64,000 bases of DNA from Bdellovibrionales bacterium. GTDB lineage: Bacteria > Bdellovibrionota > Bdellovibrionia > Bdellovibrionales > UBA1609. The position numbers were made by a program, and so were the translations under genes. The notes under the pieces were generated by a model that ran no database searches, was not told where the DNA came from, and was given only the letters and a program-made list of their open reading frames with translations. The DNA is taken from the NCBI GenBank assembly GCA_965200875.1, contig OZ241456.1, forward strand, positions 1,536,001 through 1,600,000, read 5' to 3'. Shown piece by piece: positions 39,873-50,085 of the stretch; position 1 is the stretch's first letter; every line of letters begins with the position of its first letter.

Positions 39873-40946
39873 TTAAGAAACTTTTACACTAGAAAAACCT
39901 TTATGGGAAAGGATTTTTTGCAGTAAACTGGATGGATTTTGTTTTTTAAGTTCTTTTGTTTTTACCCATAATAAGTTTTTTTGTTGAAATTTGCCAGCCC
40001 TTGAAAGTTGTTTCAGAGTGAAGGACTTGGAGAGAGAAACATAAATGGTATAGTGAGTAATGGAGTGGATAAAATCATATTGGGCGGGGGCTTTGTTTTT
40101 TTTTAAAGCTCTTCCCGGAAAAGCCGGATAATTTTTTAAAACCGGAAGCGGATGGTTTTGCGCAAGAGCTATTTGATTTTTTTTAGTCAAAATAACCGGC
40201 TGATAAAACAATATTTCTTTTTTATTTTGTTTTTTAGCTATGGGAATGATGTCTGTTTGCTCCTGCCTAAAAGCCTTACAATTTTTTTTAAGAGGACAGA
40301 TGAGACAAAGTGGGTTTCTGGCTTTACAGACAATAGCCCCTAATTCCATTAACGCCTGATTGACAACAGAAGAAGGATATTTTTCCATCCATCTATCCAC
40401 TTCGTTTTGCAAAACTTTTTTGCCGGCTGTATTCCACCAGATTTTTTTAAAACCCAAAAAGCGAGTTATCACCCGAATGACATTGGCATCCAGCACTCCT
40501 GTTTTTTCATTAAAAGCCAGAGAGCTTACAGCTCTTGAGGTGTAAGGGCCAAAACCCGGAAATTTTAACAATTCTTTATAAGTTTTTGGGAAATATTTTT
40601 TTTCGTGGATAAGGCGAACAGACTTATGCAGATTTTTAATTCGAGAATAATAACCCAGTCCAGACCAATAAGGAAGCACTTCTTCCAAAGAAGCTTTTGC
40701 CAATACTTTCAAAGTGTTAAATTTTTTAATAAATTTTTCATAATAGGGGATGACTGTGTTTACAGTGGTCTGTTGCAACATAAACTCTGAAACCAATATG
40801 GTATAGGCTCCTTTTTTATTTCTCCAAGGAAGTGGTCTTTTGTGTTTTTCATACCACTTGATGAGTTCCCGTAAATTCGGTGCGGGGCCTGCTCCATCTG
40901 TCTTTTTGACTTTTTTCAAATCCCTTCCCCTCTCTTTTATCAGCAC
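39873..40946 (-). CDS. mutY: A/G-specific adenine glycosylase (start uncertain)
   Basis: RPLPWR, VSEFMLQQT, WSGLGYYSR, HhH PGFGPYT, C-x6-C-x2-C-x5-C. Confidence 0.92.
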   Translation of the reverse strand: MLIKERGRDLKKVKKTDGAGPAPNLRELIKWYEKHKRPLPWRNKKGAYTILVSEFMLQQTTVNTVIPYYEKFIKKFNTLKVLAKASLEEVLPYWSGLGYYSRIKNLHKSVRLIHEKKYFPKTYKELLKFPGFGPYTSRAVSSLAFNEKTGVLDANVIRVITRFLGFKKIWWNTAGKKVLQNEVDRWMEKYPSSVVNQALMELGAIVCKARNPLCLICPLKKNCKAFRQEQTDIIPIAKKQNKKEILFYQPVILTKKNQIALAQNHPLPVLKNYPAFPGRALKKNKAPAQYDFIHSITHYTIYVSLSKSFTLKQLSRAGKFQQKNLLWVKTKELKKQNPSSLLQKILSHKGFSSVKVS

Positions 40947-40961
40947 TGATCCAGTGCCGGA

Positions 40962-43900
40962 CTATTTACTGTTTAAAATGTCTAGTAAAACTTTTTCCAT
41001 TTTCAAAAATCCGGATTTGTTTTTTATAGTGCCCTGAGCGAAGCGGGGCTTCCCTCCTCCTTTGCCATTTAAACGAGGTGCAAGGATGTTTTTTAAAAGA
41101 TCTCCGGCAGAGATATGTTGTCGTAATTCCTTGGACACAGTAACCACAATAGGATGCCCTTCTGCTTTTTCTCCAAGTGCTATTACCAAAGCCGGCCCGG
41201 AAAGTTTGGATTTTAACTGATCCGCTTTTTCCGCGAGAATTTTTCTGTCCTCTATGGGAAAGGTTGTCATCAATAGCTCGCCTTTTATGTTCTGGCCTTT
41301 AAAAACTTTCGCATTTTTCAGAACCTTTTCCGGGTTAAAGGAAGAAGAAAGGCTTTCAATTTGTGTTTTAAGCCGATCTATTTCCTCCTCTTTTTTTTTG
41401 GCAACTGAAATAAAAGGGTTTTCTTTTTCGCTAAGAGTTTCCAAAGCACTTTGTTCTTCCTTGTTTTTTTCTGCACCAGCTTTCAGTTTGGGAAGAGGAA
41501 GTTTTAAGTATTTTCTAAGCTCTTCGTTTTGCCTAGCCAGAAAAACACTCCCCGAAATGGAATTATGTTTATAATTTTTTCCTTTAGAGCTTTTAGAGGA
41601 ATCTTGCCCACTTTTTTTGGAACTGACTTTGGAAAAAAAGGATTGCTTAAGCTCTTTTTTTAATTTTTTGATTTCCGATTCTTTTTCCTCAAACCAATGA
41701 ATGAAGGGATTTTGAGATTTTGCAGATTCTGTTAAAGGGAGGTTTAAATATTCTCCAAGCTCTGTGTTTTGTTTTGCCAAAAGCTTAAACCACTTCTTTA
41801 AAACCTCGCTAGTCAGGGCTTGGATCCGGCGCACTCCTGACTGAACACCGGTTTCAGAAATAATTTTAAAATCACCAATTTCGGAGGTGTTTTTAACATG
41901 AATACCACCACAAAGCTCAAAGCTTTCTCCCATTCGGATGGTGCGCGCCTCTTTCGCGTAATTTTCCCCTGCAAGAGAAATCGCACCTTGGCTTATAGCC
42001 TGTTCATAGGAACAAACTTTATCCGTCACAGCCTCGCCGGCCTGAATATAACTTTTTACTTTGTTTTCTATTTCCTTTAGCTCTTCATGGCTTAAAGGTT
42101 TTGGGTGGCTGAAATCAAATCTTAATTTTCCAGGCTCCACCAAGGATCCCATCTGCCGAATGGAGTTTCCAAGTATGACTCTTAAGGATTGGTTTAAAAG
42201 GTGAGTGGCGGAATGACTTTTAGCAATAAGCCTTCGGTGATCCGTATCCACTTTCATTTTACAAAGTTGACCAAGCTCCAACTTTCCTTTTAGCACTTTT
42301 ACGGCGTGAAAAATCAAACTTCCCATTTTTTGAGCATCCAATACCTTGGCTACTCCCTCCTGCTTTTTTCCATTTTCATCGGTGTAATTCCACTCAAAAA
42401 AACCTTTATCTCCAAGGGGCCCTCCCCCTTCCGGGTAAAAACAGGTCTTATCTGTTGTCAGCCAGTTAAGCTCTCCAACATCAAGCTGAGAGAGAAAAAT
42501 TAACTCCAATTTTTCCGGATCATCAGACATTGTATCAGCCAGCGAAAACTCCTTGATTTGCGGAAGAAGCAAAACTTTTCCATCTTCTTCACTTTTTTCA
42601 TAGCCTGTAAACTCTGTGCTTTTTTTTTCAAAACATTGCAAAATATCACTTTCATGAATTTTTAAACAATTCCATTGTTCCAATAATGCAAACCTGGCTT
42701 TTGTTTCATCAGAAACAACTTTGTGAGTGGTAGTTTTTTTTAAGCGAGCAATATCTTTTAAACGGTGTCTCTGTTTTTTGGAAACTGTGGAAAATCTGTT
42801 TTTTAAGTCTTCCAGATTCAAGGGATTTACAGCAAATCCTTTTTCCCGGGCAATGAGACAGGTGAGATCCGGTGGGAAGCCATAAGTGTTGTAAAGATCC
42901 CACACCATATCCTCAGGAATTTTTTTATCAGAAAGCATCTTTATTTTTTTCAAAAAAACATTTTGTCCATCCTGCAAACTTTGATGAAATAAATTATTTT
43001 CAGCTTTTATAATAGACATAATAAAGTCCTCTTCTTTTTTTAAGCTCGGGTAAATGGGACTCATTTTGTCAATTACCGCCTGCGCACCAGCAGATAAAAG
43101 TTCTTTTTCTGAATGCAACTTATGGCTGTAAAAAAGAGCTCTTCTTAAAACACGTCTTAAAACATAATTTTCTCCCTCGCTTCCTGGTAAAACTCCATCC
43201 CCTATCAGGAAAGAAACGGCTCTGCTGTGGTCCGCTATTACCCGAAAGGCCACTTGCCTCTCTGCTTGTGTCCCCTGTTCCTCTTCTCCGGTAAAGTCAT
43301 ACTTAAGCCCCGATGTTTTTTCCAAAGCCATTATGATGTTTTTAAAAAGATCTGTGTGGTAATTGCTTTTTTGACCTTGTAAAACCGCGGAAAGTCTTTC
43401 CAAACCCATACCGGTATCCACACAAGGTGTGGGAAGCTTTTCCCGGATTTTCTTATTTCCTTTAAAAAACTCGTTAAACTCCATAAAAACTAGGTTCCAA
43501 ATTTCTGTCATATCTTCAGGGTTTGGTTCTTTTTTTGGTCCTTCATAATAATAAATTTCCGAGCAGGGACCTGAAGGACCTGTATCCCCCATGCGCCAGA
43601 AATTATCTTTTTCCCCTAAAAGAAATAATTTCTCTGTGGAAAAACCCTGATCTTTTTTCCATATTTCAAAGCTTTCCCGGTCTTCCTGAAAAACACTTGC
43701 CCAAAGCCGGTCTCTGGAAAGCCCAAGCTCTTCTGTGAGAAAGTAAAGGGCGTGGTCTATCGCCTTTTTTTTAAAATAAGAACCAAAGGAAAAGTTTCCC
43801 ATCATTTCAAAAAAAGTATGATGAAAAGGAGAGTAACCAACCTCTTCCAGATCATTGTGTTTTCCTCCGGCACGCATACATTTTTGGATACTGCATATCT

Positions 43901-44075
43901 GAGGGTGAGGGGGTTTTTTAAGGCTTAAAAAAAAATCTTTAAACGGGTTCATCCCTGCGTTGGTGAATAACAGGGAGGAATTTCCCTCAGGGATAAGAGT
44001 GGAGCTTTTAACCCAGAGGTGATCCTGATCCGTGAAATAGTTTTTAAACTTTTCTCTTAAGATCTGGCTTTTCAT
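40962..44075 (-). CDS. alaS: Alanine--tRNA ligase (elongated)
   Basis: LLFTNAGM, HHTFFEM.GNFSFG, DTGMGLER, HSATHLL, ELCGG.H, GKGGG. Confidence 0.97.
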   Translation of the reverse strand: MKSQILREKFKNYFTDQDHLWVKSSTLIPEGNSSLLFTNAGMNPFKDFFLSLKKPPHPQICSIQKCMRAGGKHNDLEEVGYSPFHHTFFEMMGNFSFGSYFKKKAIDHALYFLTEELGLSRDRLWASVFQEDRESFEIWKKDQGFSTEKLFLLGEKDNFWRMGDTGPSGPCSEIYYYEGPKKEPNPEDMTEIWNLVFMEFNEFFKGNKKIREKLPTPCVDTGMGLERLSAVLQGQKSNYHTDLFKNIIMALEKTSGLKYDFTGEEEQGTQAERQVAFRVIADHSRAVSFLIGDGVLPGSEGENYVLRRVLRRALFYSHKLHSEKELLSAGAQAVIDKMSPIYPSLKKEEDFIMSIIKAENNLFHQSLQDGQNVFLKKIKMLSDKKIPEDMVWDLYNTYGFPPDLTCLIAREKGFAVNPLNLEDLKNRFSTVSKKQRHRLKDIARLKKTTTHKVVSDETKARFALLEQWNCLKIHESDILQCFEKKSTEFTGYEKSEEDGKVLLLPQIKEFSLADTMSDDPEKLELIFLSQLDVGELNWLTTDKTCFYPEGGGPLGDKGFFEWNYTDENGKKQEGVAKVLDAQKMGSLIFHAVKVLKGKLELGQLCKMKVDTDHRRLIAKSHSATHLLNQSLRVILGNSIRQMGSLVEPGKLRFDFSHPKPLSHEELKEIENKVKSYIQAGEAVTDKVCSYEQAISQGAISLAGENYAKEARTIRMGESFELCGGIHVKNTSEIGDFKIISETGVQSGVRRIQALTSEVLKKWFKLLAKQNTELGEYLNLPLTESAKSQNPFIHWFEEKESEIKKLKKELKQSFFSKVSSKKSGQDSSKSSKGKNYKHNSISGSVFLARQNEELRKYLKLPLPKLKAGAEKNKEEQSALETLSEKENPFISVAKKKEEEIDRLKTQIESLSSSFNPEKVLKNAKVFKGQNIKGELLMTTFPIEDRKILAEKADQLKSKLSGPALVIALGEKAEGHPIVVTVSKELRQHISAGDLLKNILAPRLNGKGGGKPRFAQGTIKNKSGFLKMEKVLLDILNSK

Positions 44076-44080
44076 GTTTT

Positions 44081-44533
44081 TCAGGGCCTTTCCTTTTCGG
44101 AAAAATGTTCATGTATCACTTTTTTTGCTGTAGCCCCTTCAAAGCCTCTATAGATCAGGAAATGATACATTTTTTTTATGGTATCTTGTGAGGGGTCTTC
44201 CGCAGGGTTCAGTTTTTTGGCGAGCCACCAGCGACACTTTTCTTCTTCTAAATCCTCTTGTTTTGAAATCAGCGGAAGCTTTTTCTTTTTCAAAGCCGAT
44301 TGAATAAAAAGCCAGCCCTTCTTTTTTTTATGCAGTTGCCCAGCTAAACGGCCAGCCAGCTCTTCCGGATTTATGAGCCATTTTTTTTCCCTAGCAAGTT
44401 TAAGGGCTTTTTCCACCGATACCTCATCAAATTTTTTCAATTTTAACTTCAATTCATATTCTGAGTGGGCACGATAACTCAGATAGGTTTTGATTTTTTC
44501 CAATAAAATTTTTTCCGATGTTTTGTTTTCCAT
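44081..44533 (-). CDS. recX: Regulatory protein RecX
   Basis: YLSYR.HS.YEL..KL, FL.YRGF; directly upstream of alaS. Confidence 0.8.
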   Translation of the reverse strand: MENKTSEKILLEKIKTYLSYRAHSEYELKLKLKKFDEVSVEKALKLAREKKWLINPEELAGRLAGQLHKKKKGWLFIQSALKKKKLPLISKQEDLEEEKCRWWLAKKLNPAEDPSQDTIKKMYHFLIYRGFEGATAKKVIHEHFSEKERP

Positions 44534-44587
44534 TATTATTTTCGCTTGTCTTGACTCTACTATGCTTGCTTCTATTCCAGATGGTTT

Positions 44588-45742
44588 TTATTTTTTTAAT
44601 TTTAAGAACGGTTTTGTAGAACTTTCGGCGTTTTCAGTAAATCTATCATAATCTTTTTCCAAAGAGATACCCGCTGTAGCCATTTTTATTTTTTCCGAGG
44701 AAGAGGAAAAACGATGGCCTGCTCTTTCGGTAATTAAACCATCTTTTAACATTTTGATTAAATGCTGGTCAAATGTCTGCATACCCCAGTGACTTTGACT
44801 TTGCTCCATAATTGTTCTTATTTTCCCTGCCGAAGCATTTTGTTCGATTTCTTTTTGTACTCTAAGGTTATTGATTAATATCTCAACAGCGGGGATATAT
44901 CCTGATTTGTCCTTTTTGGGAATCAATCTTTGGGAAAACACCGCTTTTAATGTGGAACTTAACATTAATTTTATGCTGGTTTGTTCTTGAGCAGAAAACA
45001 CACTTAAAATTCGAGGTACCACTTCCGCAGCTTCCGAAGTGTGAATAGTGGAAAATACTAAGTGTCCTGTTTCCGCCGCATTCAAAGCCGTGGAAATGGT
45101 ATCCTTGGCTCGAAGTTCAGAAAATAAAATAATATCAGGATCTTGTCTTAAAGCAGCTTTTAAAGCCAAATTGGGATCATAACAATCCACTCCCATTTCT
45201 CTTTGAGTGATAAGACTGTGATAGTCCTGAATAAGAAATTCAATCGGGTCTTCAATAGTAATAATATGCTTATTTTTGGTTCTGTTGATATGATTGATAA
45301 TAACTGCCAGAGTTGTTGATTTTCCAACCCCGGTGGCACCGGCAATCAGGATTAAACCTCTTTCTGTCTTGCTTGAGATGTTTAATATTTCTTTTGGAAG
45401 ATTCAGTTCTTCAAGAGAAGGGATTTGATGAGGGATATGCCGTATAACTACTCTAAGGCTCCCTCTCTGAAAAAAAATGTTAAAACGGAATCTCCCTACC
45501 CCCTTTAAACCGTAACCTATATCCACAGAACCATTAGTTCTTAATTTTTCCTGATGTGTGTCATTCAAGATCGGCAAAATAAGTTGTTCTATGCCTTGGT
45601 AACTGACTGTGGAAAACTCGGAGCTTAAAGTGGATAATTTGCGCTCTTTTCTCATAATGGGAGGAGCTCCCACTTTTAAATGCAAGTCGCTGGCTTTTCT
45701 TTTGGTAAGCTCTACAAGTAACTGATTGATGTTTAATTCCAT
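44588..45742 (-). CDS. pilT: PilT/PilU family type IV pilus ATPase
   Basis: ASDLHL, GATGVGKST, TIEDPIE, ALRQDPD, AETGHLV..TIH, GMQTFDQ. Confidence 0.9.
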   Translation of the reverse strand: MELNINQLLVELTKRKASDLHLKVGAPPIMRKERKLSTLSSEFSTVSYQGIEQLILPILNDTHQEKLRTNGSVDIGYGLKGVGRFRFNIFFQRGSLRVVIRHIPHQIPSLEELNLPKEILNISSKTERGLILIAGATGVGKSTTLAVIINHINRTKNKHIITIEDPIEFLIQDYHSLITQREMGVDCYDPNLALKAALRQDPDIILFSELRAKDTISTALNAAETGHLVFSTIHTSEAAEVVPRILSVFSAQEQTSIKLMLSSTLKAVFSQRLIPKKDKSGYIPAVEILINNLRVQKEIEQNASAGKIRTIMEQSQSHWGMQTFDQHLIKMLKDGLITERAGHRFSSSSEKIKMATAGISLEKDYDRFTENAESSTKPFLKLKK

Positions 45743-45783
45743 TTTTCTCTCTTTGTTTTTTCTTTTTCACACCCGTCTAGTTA

Positions 45784-45890
45784 GTCCGCCGTGAAAAACC
45801 CATAGTGCTTTAATTATCACACTCTTTTTTCAGGTACTTTCCCAAGGAAAACGGGAATCCAGGAAAATCACATACTTTTTCACGGACCAC
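45784..45890 (+). mobile_element. MITE-like element, copy B (107 bp)
   Basis: GTCCGCCGTGAAAAA...TTTTTCACGGACCAC flanked by direct TAGTTA on both sides. Confidence 0.8.
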
Positions 45891-45910
45891 TAGTTAGTGA
45901 ATCGGTGTAT

Positions 45911-45941
45911 TTGACTTATAAGTTTAAGATATCTTAAACTT
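45911..45941 (+). promoter_or_regulatory. Candidate promoter with a perfect 22-bp palindrome
   Basis: TTGACT-18 bp-TAAACT overlapped by AAGTTTAAGATATCTTAAACTT (45920-45941). Confidence 0.5.
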
Positions 45942-46101
45942 CCTGATTTGATTGCTAAGATTGTTCGGGGTTTCATCCTTCAGGGTTTGGTTGAAAAGCT
46001 AGGGGAGGCTGAAAAATACCATAGAACCAAGACTTTTTGTTGTGATATATTTGTCAGTTTACGAGTAGTTTTATAGAATTTCAGGAGGTTTTTGTAAAGA
46101 A

Positions 46102-46632
46102 ATGTCTTCCCAGTCAGAGTCTTCTTTTGAGGAATTGAGACAAAGAGCCTCTAATATACATTCTGTTCTCATGGATCGAAAACAAACCCTAGCTTTAGCT
46201 GAAAGCTTAACAGGGGGTCTGCTTTCTTATGTTTTGACAATAAAACCAAATGCCAGCCGGTTTTTTTTAGGTTCTATAGTTAGTTATTCTTATTTTGCCA
46301 AAACAAAGTTCCTAAATTTGCCCGAGGAATTATTGACCCAAAAGGGAGCTGTAAATGAATCTGCTTGCCAGCTGATGACACAAAGTGTTAAGAAAAACTG
46401 GAAAAGTGACTGGGCTTTGGCTGTCACAGGAGTGGCTGGTCCGGGAAAAATGGAGCATGATCCGGCTATAGGAGTGGGTTTTGTGGGGGTTTTAGGGCCT
46501 GACTTTGCAAAAGTGAAACAGTTTTTGCTCAAAAAAGAGACAGAGGAAAAAAAACGTCAGGACATACAGCATCAATCTGCTATTTTTGCATTGGATTTTT
46601 TGCAATCTTGTATAAAAATGGGCAAACAATAA
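46102..46632 (+). CDS. cinA: CinA C-terminal domain / NMN deamidase PncC
   Basis: AESLTGG, AS.FF.G.IV.YS..AK, TGVAGP; upstream of recA. Confidence 0.88.
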   Translation: MSSQSESSFEELRQRASNIHSVLMDRKQTLALAESLTGGLLSYVLTIKPNASRFFLGSIVSYSYFAKTKFLNLPEELLTQKGAVNESACQLMTQSVKKNWKSDWALAVTGVAGPGKMEHDPAIGVGFVGVLGPDFAKVKQFLLKKETEEKKRQDIQHQSAIFALDFLQSCIKMGKQ

Positions 46633-46663
46633 ATAGAGCAACAAAAAATAGGAGGAAAAAGTT

Positions 46664-47758
46664 ATGAATGAAAAACAAAAAGCACTGGACTTGGCTATTA
46701 CAGCCATTGAGAAACAATTTGGAAAAGGTTCCATTATGAAGTTGGGTGGAGGCCAGTCCATTTACGATAATGTGCCGGTTTATAGCACCGGATCGCTGGG
46801 CTTGGATATTGCTCTGGGTATTGGAGGACTTCCAAGAGGAAGAGTGGTGGAAATTTTTGGGCCGGAAAGCTCCGGGAAAACCACTTTGGCACTCACTACT
46901 GCCGCTCAGGCACAAAAAGCCGGTGGCACAGTGGCTTTTGTGGATGCTGAACACGCCTTGGATACCAATTACGCGGGAAAGCTTGGAGTGAATGTGCCAG
47001 ATATGTTGATCTCTCAACCCGATGCGGGAGAGCAGGCCCTAGAAATAACGGAAACCCTAGTTCGCTCAGGAGCGATTGATGTTTTGATTGTGGATTCGGT
47101 TGCGGCTCTTACTCCCAAAGCGGAGATAGAGGGAGATATGGGGGATTCCCACATGGGCCTTCAGGCGCGCCTTATGTCTCAAGCTCTTCGAAAACTCACC
47201 GCGGCTATTAACCGAAGCGGAACTTTGGTGATTTTCATCAATCAAATCAGAATGAAAATAGGTGTGATGTTTGGAAATCCTGAAACCACCACTGGAGGAA
47301 ATGCCCTAAAATTTTACTCTTCGGTTCGTTTGGATGTGAGAAGAGTGGCGGCTTTGAAAAAAGGGGATCAGGTGATAGGAAACAAAACCGTAGTGAAAGT
47401 GGTGAAAAACAAAATGGCACCTCCTTTTCAACGCGCGGAATTTGACTTAATGTACGGAACAGGAATTTCCCAATCTGCTGAGTTGCTGGACTTGGCCTGC
47501 AAGAAGGAGATCGTGCAGAAGTCAGGAGCTTGGTATAGCTTTGAAGGAAATAAAATTGGACAGGGAAGAGATATGGCCAGGATCTTCCTAGATGAAAATC
47601 TCCCAACCAGAAATAAAATCCAACAGGCGGTTTTCAAGGCTTACAGTGTAAAAATAAATACCTCTCAAAGTGAGCCTTCCAAAGGAAACACACAGGGTAA
47701 AGGATCTATGTCGGCAGGTACAGGTAGAAAATCACCAAATGGGAAAACTCCTGCTTAG
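46664..47758 (+). CDS. recA: Recombinase A
   Basis: [38 protein letters not shown]. Confidence 0.99.
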   Translation: MNEKQKALDLAITAIEKQFGKGSIMKLGGGQSIYDNVPVYSTGSLGLDIALGIGGLPRGRVVEIFGPESSGKTTLALTTAAQAQKAGGTVAFVDAEHALDTNYAGKLGVNVPDMLISQPDAGEQALEITETLVRSGAIDVLIVDSVAALTPKAEIEGDMGDSHMGLQARLMSQALRKLTAAINRSGTLVIFINQIRMKIGVMFGNPETTTGGNALKFYSSVRLDVRRVAALKKGDQVIGNKTVVKVVKNKMAPPFQRAEFDLMYGTGISQSAELLDLACKKEIVQKSGAWYSFEGNKIGQGRDMARIFLDENLPTRNKIQQAVFKAYSVKINTSQSEPSKGNTQGKGSMSAGTGRKSPNGKTPA

Positions 47759-47831
47759 TAGCCTGTGAAAAAGGTGTTTTATACAACTAAAAGCCAAGTT
47801 GTTGGCTTTTAGTCCCGTGAAAACGGAAATC
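47758..47831 (+). repeat. Partial MITE copy E between convergent recA and tadA (possible bidirectional terminator)
   Basis: GTAGCCTGTGAAAAA, 12-bp stem ACTAAAAGCCAA-GTTG-TTGGCTTTTAGT, then CCCGTGAAAACGG. Confidence 0.75.
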
Positions 47832-48354
47832 TTTTTTTTCGAAAAAAGCTCTTTAAAAGCTTTGAGCTTTCTTTGGCTAAAATTCCCTGATGAATCTCCA
47901 CACGATGGTTGAGCCTTGAGTCCTCGGTGATTTGATACAGGGAATGAACAGCTCCAGCTTTGGAATCTTTACAGGCATATACCAGTCGTTTCAGACGGGT
48001 GGCCACAATGGCACCGGCACACATGGGGCAAGGTTCTAAAGTGACATAAAGAGTGCAATCATTCAGTCGCCAAGTGTTTAGTTTAAGGGAAGCTTGTTCT
48101 ATCGCGAAAATCTCTGCGTGAGCAGTGGCTTTTTGAGATAATTCTTTTTGATTAAAAGCCTCAGCAATTATCTCATTTTCCCGAACAATCAAAGCCCCTA
48201 CTGGCACTTCTCCTATTGTTCCTGCTTTTTCTGCAAGCTTAAAGGCTTTTTTCATAAAAAACAGATCTTCACATTTATCTTTCAAAATAAAACAGCTCCT
48301 AAGTTTTGTTTTAAGACTCTCTGACTTATGGGTGCAAAATAAAGCTGTTCCCAA
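47809..48354 (-). CDS. tadA: tRNA adenosine(34) deaminase (true start probably ~48285)
   Basis: EVPVGA, AHAE, TLEPCPMC, FF. Confidence 0.92.
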   Translation of the reverse strand: MGTALFCTHKSESLKTKLRSCFILKDKCEDLFFMKKAFKLAEKAGTIGEVPVGALIVRENEIIAEAFNQKELSQKATAHAEIFAIEQASLKLNTWRLNDCTLYVTLEPCPMCAGAIVATRLKRLVYACKDSKAGAVHSLYQITEDSRLNHRVEIHQGILAKESSKLLKSFFRKKRFPFSRD

Positions 48355-48534
48355 CTTAATGACAGATATAAGACTTTAGTATCCATAAATACCTTGGAAA
48401 ATATCAGAAATCTTTGACTTTTTAAAGCTTTTTTGGCAATTTTCCTACTTGTTTATTTCTTTAGCGTTGGAAAAGAGTAGAGAAGCTACACCTTTTATTG
48501 AAGAAGCAAAAACTTTAAGGGTGAAAGAAACAAG

Positions 48535-50031
48535 ATGAAAAAAAATATTGATATTCCAAAAAATAATGTTACGCGAGTGCGCTTTGCTCCAAGCCCCACC
48601 GGCTGGTTGCATCTGGGAGGTGCACGCACAGCTTTGATAAACTATCTTTTTGCAAAAAATCAAAAAGGCACTTTTGTTTTACGGGTAGAGGATACAGATC
48701 TGGAAAGAGGAAAAGACACTTTCCTGAGGCAACAATTAAATAATTTAAAGTGGCTGGGTTTGGATTGGGATGAAGGCCCTCACCAGGAAACTTTGAAAGA
48801 CCAAGGAGCTTATGGACCTTATCGTCAGAGCCAAAGACTGCCTCTTTATCAGAAATACTCCAGGGAACTGGTGCAATCCGGTAAAGCGTATTATTGTTTT
48901 TTAACAGACAAAGAGGTTCAGAAAATCAAACAATCTGCTCTGAAAAAAAATGAGCCTGCCCGGGTAAAAAGTCCCTATAGGGATAACAGTTTGGAACAAG
49001 CAAAAGAGAGGATTGCAAAAGGAGAATCAGCGGTTATTCGGTTTAAAGTTTCTGAAGTGAAGAAAACTTATGTGCTGACTGATATTGTGAGAGGAGAAGT
49101 GTCTTTTCCTTCGGATATGGTAGGAGATTTTGTGCTGATGAGATCTTCCGGTTTGCCGGTGTATAACTTCGCCTGTGCAGTGGATGACTATTCCATGAAA
49201 ATATCACATATCTTTCGTTCGGAAGAGCATTTGGCCAATACCCTTCGGCAATTAATGATTTTTGAGGCTTTCGACTGGCAGGTTCCGCTCTATGGGCATT
49301 TGTCTTTGATTTTGGGAGAAGATCGTAAAAAGCTCAGCAAACGTCATGGTGCTGTAAGCCTTGAAGAATATAAAAAAGGAGGATACTTAACTTCCGCTCT
49401 TTGTAACTTTCTGGTTCTTATGGGCTGGAATCCCAAGACAGAACAGGAAATTTTTTCTCTTCCTGAATTAATAAAATGTTTTTCTTTAAAAGGTTTAAAT
49501 TCCTCTCCAGGAGCTTTTGATGTCAAAAAACTGGATTGGATCAACAATCAACACCTGAAAAACAAAACGGATGAACAATTATGGGAAAAATTACAACCTT
49601 TTTTTACAGAGGAAAACTTACAGTTTCCTGCGTCTTCTGAGTGGAGAAAAAAAGCGATTCAATCTTTAAGAGATTCTTTTACTTCATTGCCAGAGGCCGT
49701 GGAAATTTTTCGATTTTTGTCAAAAAGTCATTTTAAAGTGGATGAAAGAGCAAAAGAGGTTTTGTGTTGGCCTTCCACTTCTTTGGTGTTAAAAGAGTGG
49801 CAATCTTTTTTGGAGTCCTTTACTGATAAGGAAATAAGTCGAGAGACTTTTTCTGAAATTTGTAAAAATATTCAAAAGAAAACTCAGGTAAAAGGAAAGT
49901 TTTTATTTATGCCAATCAGGACAGCGGTTTTAGGCAAACCTCAGGGAGTGGAGTTAAAAACCATTATCCCCTTAATTAGCTGTGACATTTTGCTTAAGAG
50001 GGTTATTGCGTTGAGAGAAAGTCAGATCTAA
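48535..50031 (+). CDS. gltX: Glutamate--tRNA ligase
   Basis: RFAPSPTG.LHLGG, RVEDTD, KLSKRHG. Confidence 0.96.
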   Translation: MKKNIDIPKNNVTRVRFAPSPTGWLHLGGARTALINYLFAKNQKGTFVLRVEDTDLERGKDTFLRQQLNNLKWLGLDWDEGPHQETLKDQGAYGPYRQSQRLPLYQKYSRELVQSGKAYYCFLTDKEVQKIKQSALKKNEPARVKSPYRDNSLEQAKERIAKGESAVIRFKVSEVKKTYVLTDIVRGEVSFPSDMVGDFVLMRSSGLPVYNFACAVDDYSMKISHIFRSEEHLANTLRQLMIFEAFDWQVPLYGHLSLILGEDRKKLSKRHGAVSLEEYKKGGYLTSALCNFLVLMGWNPKTEQEIFSLPELIKCFSLKGLNSSPGAFDVKKLDWINNQHLKNKTDEQLWEKLQPFFTEENLQFPASSEWRKKAIQSLRDSFTSLPEAVEIFRFLSKSHFKVDERAKEVLCWPSTSLVLKEWQSFLESFTDKEISRETFSEICKNIQKKTQVKGKFLFMPIRTAVLGKPQGVELKTIIPLISCDILLKRVIALRESQI

Positions 50032-50085
50032 CTTTTGTATTTTTGCATTTCATTATGGAGTAAAACTTGGATTAAAGAGGTGCTT

